Assembly (NCBI GenBank): GCA_017544105.1
Contig: JAFYEU010000031.1
Location: forward strand, 1 to 51,206
Direction: 5' to 3'
Source of the DNA: Bacteroidales bacterium
GTDB taxonomy: Bacteria; Bacteroidota; Bacteroidia; Bacteroidales; WCHB1-69
DNA length: 51,206 bases
Shown here piece by piece: positions 47,571 through 51,206 of the stretch (position 1 is the stretch's first letter; the number at the start of each line of letters is the position of its first letter). Under the pieces are notes generated by a model, which saw only the letters and a list, made by a program, of their open reading frames with translations, ran no database searches and was not told where the DNA came from. A program made the translations under genes and the position numbers.

Positions 47571-49328
47571 ATGTTAAGAACAACCTGTATCTTATTGATA
47601 TCTCTATTGTTGTGCTTCTCCTCCCTGCAGGCACAAAATCCCAACAAAAACTATCAGCCCAACAAGGTGAAGATGGACCAACTCCTGAATGCCATCAACA
47701 CGATGTATGTCGACACGGTCGATTTTGACCCCCTGGTGGATAAGGCGGTGGTGTCCATGCTCAAAGAACTGGATCCGCACACTTCTTACATCGCCAAGAA
47801 GGATGTGGCCGCGATGAACGAGCCTCTGCAAGGCTCCTTTGATGGCATCGGCGTCACCTTCCAGCTGATTAAGGATACCATCAACGTGATGGAGGTCATC
47901 ATCGACGGACCTGCCGAGAAGGTCGGCCTTATCGCTGGCGACAAGATCGTGCGCGTGGATGACACCGTGGCCTGTGGCGACAAGATCACCAACGACTGGG
48001 TGCGGAAACACCTCCGCGGCAAGAAAGGTACTAAGGTGAAGGTGGGCGTCATCCGTGGACATAACCCCGAAATCCTTGACTTCACTATCACCCGTGGCGC
48101 CATCCCCATGTATAGCATCAACGTGAGCTTCATGGTTAACGAGACCACCGGCTACGTGAAACTCGAACGCTTCGCAGCCACCTCTACAGACGAACTTATC
48201 AAAGCAGTTAACAAGCTCAAAGCCGAAGGCATGAAGGATCTGATCCTCGACCTTCGCGGCAACGGCGGCGGCTACCTCAACACCGCCTTCGAGATCTGCG
48301 ACCAGTTTATAGCCGGCGTCAAGACTATCGTCTATACCGACAACTTCCGCAAGACGGGTGAGAAGTTCACCTCCGGCAAGACCGGTGTCTTCGAGGAGGG
48401 TCGTCTGGTGGTGCTGGTGGACGAGAACTCCGCCTCCGCCTCGGAGATCACCTCCGGCTGCGTCCAAGACTGGGACCGCGGACTCGTCATCGGCCGACGC
48501 ACCTTCGGCAAGGGCCTCGTCCAGAAACCCCTGAACCTGACCGACGGCTCACAAGTGCGCCTCACCATCTCCCACTACTATACCCCTACCGGCCGCTGCA
48601 TCCAGAAACCCTACGACGACGGCCTCGACTCCTATTTCAAGGACCTCCAACAGCGCGCCAACCACGGCGAGCTCTATACCGCCGACAGCATCAAATTCCC
48701 CGATTCGCTCAAATATAAAACCCCGCGCGGCCGTGTCGTCTACGGCGGTGGCGGCATCATGCCCGACATCTTCGTGCCCCTCGACACCACCCGCTATTCC
48801 ACCCTCTATAACGAGATCGTGCGCAAAGGCATCTTCGGCTCCTATACCGCCGACTACCTCGACAAAAACAGAGAATCCCTCAAGAGACAATATCCTACCT
48901 TCGAGGACTTTGAAAAGAACTTCACCATCTCCGACGCCCAATATGCCGACTTTATGGCCTTCGCCAAACGTGAAGGGGTGAAAGATAGCGCCGCGTTCAA
49001 GTTTTCCAGCTACGCCGAGGCCTTCCTCAAGACCAATAAGGAGGAACTGGATTCCCTGTTTACCTCTGCCCATTTCGACATGCAGACGCTGGATACCATG
49101 TTCCAGAACTATGTGGACAAGAACTACAACGAAGCCATGCGCCTGCGTAACGAAGACCATGTGGCTGAATATGTCAAGGACTATATGCGCTTCGAGATTG
49201 CCCGCGGACTCTATGGCTATGGCGACGCCTACCGCATCTTTCTGGAAACGGATGATACCTTCCTGAAAGCAGTCGAGGTGATCGGCAACAAGAAAATATT
49301 CAAACAATTCAAGGTGGATACCAAGTAG
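47571..49328 (+). CDS. S41 family C-terminal processing peptidase
   Basis: LDPHTSY, PDZ (GIGV), DLRGNGGG, SASASE (Ser), TFGKG (Lys); -7 box TATCTTTG at 47537-47544. Confidence 0.93.
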   Translation: MLRTTCILLISLLLCFSSLQAQNPNKNYQPNKVKMDQLLNAINTMYVDTVDFDPLVDKAVVSMLKELDPHTSYIAKKDVAAMNEPLQGSFDGIGVTFQLIKDTINVMEVIIDGPAEKVGLIAGDKIVRVDDTVACGDKITNDWVRKHLRGKKGTKVKVGVIRGHNPEILDFTITRGAIPMYSINVSFMVNETTGYVKLERFAATSTDELIKAVNKLKAEGMKDLILDLRGNGGGYLNTAFEICDQFIAGVKTIVYTDNFRKTGEKFTSGKTGVFEEGRLVVLVDENSASASEITSGCVQDWDRGLVIGRRTFGKGLVQKPLNLTDGSQVRLTISHYYTPTGRCIQKPYDDGLDSYFKDLQQRANHGELYTADSIKFPDSLKYKTPRGRVVYGGGGIMPDIFVPLDTTRYSTLYNEIVRKGIFGSYTADYLDKNRESLKRQYPTFEDFEKNFTISDAQYADFMAFAKREGVKDSAAFKFSSYAEAFLKTNKEELDSLFTSAHFDMQTLDTMFQNYVDKNYNEAMRLRNEDHVAEYVKDYMRFEIARGLYGYGDAYRIFLETDDTFLKAVEVIGNKKIFKQFKVDTK

Positions 49329-49331
49329 TAT

Positions 49332-51206
49332 ATGGCGAAAATATCGCAGCGGACGATCGACGAGATCTATGCCTCGATGAAAATCGAGGAGGTGGTCGGT
49401 GACTTTGTCTCCCTCAAAAGACAAGGCAGTGGCTTCGTGGGCATCTGCCCTTTCCATGACGACCGCAACCCCTCCATGCACGTCACGCCGCGCCTCGGCA
49501 TCTACAAATGCTTTGTCTGTGACGCCAAAGGCAATGCCATCAACTTCCTGATGGAGCACGAGAAGATCTCCTATCCCGAAGCCCTTGAATACCTGGCCAA
49601 GAAATACAGCATCGCCATCGAGTACGAACGGCCCGAGACCGATACCGAACGAGAACAACGCACCGAGCGCGAAAGCCTCTACCTAGTCAACGAGTTCGCG
49701 GAGAAGTTCTTCATGGACCAGCTGCGCAATACCGAGGAAGGACAGCTGATGGGTATGTCCTACTTCAAGGAGCGCGGTTTCAAAGACAGTACCCTCGACC
49801 AGTTCCATCTCGGATACTGCCCCGAAGCTTGGGATACCTTTACCAAGGAGGCCCTGAAACAAGGCTATCAGGAGGAGTTTCTCCTGAAACTAGGACTGTC
49901 CCATAAAGCCTCTAATGGCAAACTGTACGACTTTTACCGTGGGCGCGTCATCTTCCCCATCCATAACGTCTCCGGCAAGGTGATCGGCTTTGGCGGCCGT
50001 GTGCTGAAGAAGGATGAGAAGACAGCCAAGTACTATAACTCCCCCGAAAACGAGATCTATCATAAGCGCGAGACCCTCTACGACATCTACTTGGCGAAGA
50101 AGGCCATCCGCGCGGCCGACAATATCTACCTCGTGGAGGGCTATACCGATGTCATCTCCATGTTCGAGTCCGGCATCGAGAATGTGGTGGCCTCCTCCGG
50201 CACCTCGCTGACCGAGGAGCAAATCCATATTCTATCCCGCCAAAGCAAGAACATCACCGTCCTCTATGATGGCGACCGCGCCGGCATTAAGGCCTCCCTC
50301 CGCGGTATCGACCTGCTGCTCAACAAAGGCATGAATGTGAAGGTGTGCCTCCTGCCCGATGGCGAAGACCCCGACTCCTTTGCCAAAAAACATCGCGACA
50401 GCGAACTGAAGGAGTACCTGGAACAGAACACTACCGACTTCCTGCTCTTCAAGGCCCAGATCCTGTCGGAAGAGGCGGGCAACGACCCCGTCAAGCGCGC
50501 CGCCATGGTCTCCGATATGCTCAAGTCTATCGCCGGCATCCAGGACAATATCGTCCGCGCCTTCTATGTGAAAGAGTGCGCCCGTCTGTTCAGCCTTCCC
50601 GAGGAGACCCTCAATACCGAACTGAAAAGAGTGGTGTGGGCTAATATGCGCTCCGCCAAGAACAACCCCGCAGCCCCTGCCCCGGAAACGACACCCCCTC
50701 AGAACCCGTTCCCCAATCTCACTATCACCGCCCCGAAACAAGCTGAGCCCCATAGCAATAAGCTCTATGAGTCTGAGAAAAATCTGGTGCTCCTCCTGCT
50801 GCAATTCGGCTGCTATGAAATCCATATCGAACAGGACGGGGAACCAATGCCTGTCCGCGTGGACCAGTTCGTGTGCGATGAGCTTTTTAAAGACAATATC
50901 ATCTTGCAAAGTCCTGTGCTCTCCCGTACCTTCGACCATTATGTGCAGAGTGCTGAACTGCTGAAAGACCAGAATGCCATCCAACGGGCCCTGCTGATGT
51001 GCGAGGATGAGGAGGTGCGTAATTTCGTCCTCGAAAATCTTCCTACCGAGATTCCTTCCGTGAGCCCTAATTGGAAAGAAAAGTTCGAGGTCCTGATCTC
51101 ATCCATGCACGACAACGTGCTGGTGCTCCAGCAAGAAGTCCAGAACGTGCTGCTGAACCTGAAACTGAGAGTGGTGGAGGATACCATCAGCTATATCGAG
51201 AAACAG
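49332..51206 (+). CDS. dnaG: DNA primase (3' end outside window)
   Basis: Read by hand from ATG 49332: MAKISQRTIDEI...GICPFHDDRNPS...YKCFVC (CHC2 zinc finger), FGGR, KYYNSPE, VEGYTDV, YDGDRAG (TOPRIM), DPDS. Absent from the ORF track because there is no stop in the window. Confidence 0.95.
   Translation, partial: MAKISQRTIDEIYASMKIEEVVGDFVSLKRQGSGFVGICPFHDDRNPSMHVTPRLGIYKCFVCDAKGNAINFLMEHEKISYPEALEYLAKKYSIAIEYERPETDTEREQRTERESLYLVNEFAEKFFMDQLRNTEEGQLMGMSYFKERGFKDSTLDQFHLGYCPEAWDTFTKEALKQGYQEEFLLKLGLSHKASNGKLYDFYRGRVIFPIHNVSGKVIGFGGRVLKKDEKTAKYYNSPENEIYHKRETLYDIYLAKKAIRAADNIYLVEGYTDVISMFESGIENVVASSGTSLTEEQIHILSRQSKNITVLYDGDRAGIKASLRGIDLLLNKGMNVKVCLLPDGEDPDSFAKKHRDSELKEYLEQNTTDFLLFKAQILSEEAGNDPVKRAAMVSDMLKSIAGIQDNIVRAFYVKECARLFSLPEETLNTELKRVVWANMRSAKNNPAAPAPETTPPQNPFPNLTITAPKQAEPHSNKLYESEKNLVLLLLQFGCYEIHIEQDGEPMPVRVDQFVCDELFKDNIILQSPVLSRTFDHYVQSAELLKDQNAIQRALLMCEDEEVRNFVLENLPTEIPSVSPNWKEKFEVLISSMHDNVLVLQQEVQNVLLNLKLRVVEDTISYIEKQ

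Noticed and set aside
1826-50984. Other overlapping or antisense ORFs in the track (e.g. 1826..3085, 5444..6427, 7711..8994, 10013..11191, 31137..32129, 47604..48467, 48549..49658, 50232..50984)
   Set aside because: Each lies on top of a gene with clear family motifs; this is expected in GC3-rich coding DNA.

Overview
Chromosomal window from a Bacteroidota (most likely Bacteroidales) bacterium. The assignment rests on TAnnTTTG -7 promoter boxes, A-rich translation starts without Shine-Dalgarno sequences, T9SS/PorV components and the gene content. Most of it is housekeeping and envelope genes: manC-like, PlsC-like, LD-carboxypeptidase, acyl-CoA ligase, nadD, rlmD, hutH, nadC, greA, split transketolase, LptF/G, dxs, a ddl-GH73-GH73-M23-SBP cell-wall operon, tsaB, a GH3/serine-hydrolase fusion, an NSS transporter, an S41 protease and a partial dnaG. 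Five things stand out. (1) A self-contained three-gene outer-membrane module (16771-26568): a giant TonB-dependent receptor, a 1568-aa T9SS cargo and its own PorV-family barrel, with no SusD. (2) A 599-bp tandem duplication of a ParE/RelE-type toxin-antitoxin pair in which divergence is concentrated in the antitoxin C-terminus and toxin N-terminus. (3) Tandem GH73-LysM paralogues, one of which lacks the catalytic Glu. (4) A broken ECF sigma / membrane TonB-C-like locus. (5) A small membrane protein gene with a single in-frame stop. I saw no rRNA, tRNA, CRISPR array or transposase. All calls are by eye from motifs; no database searches were run.
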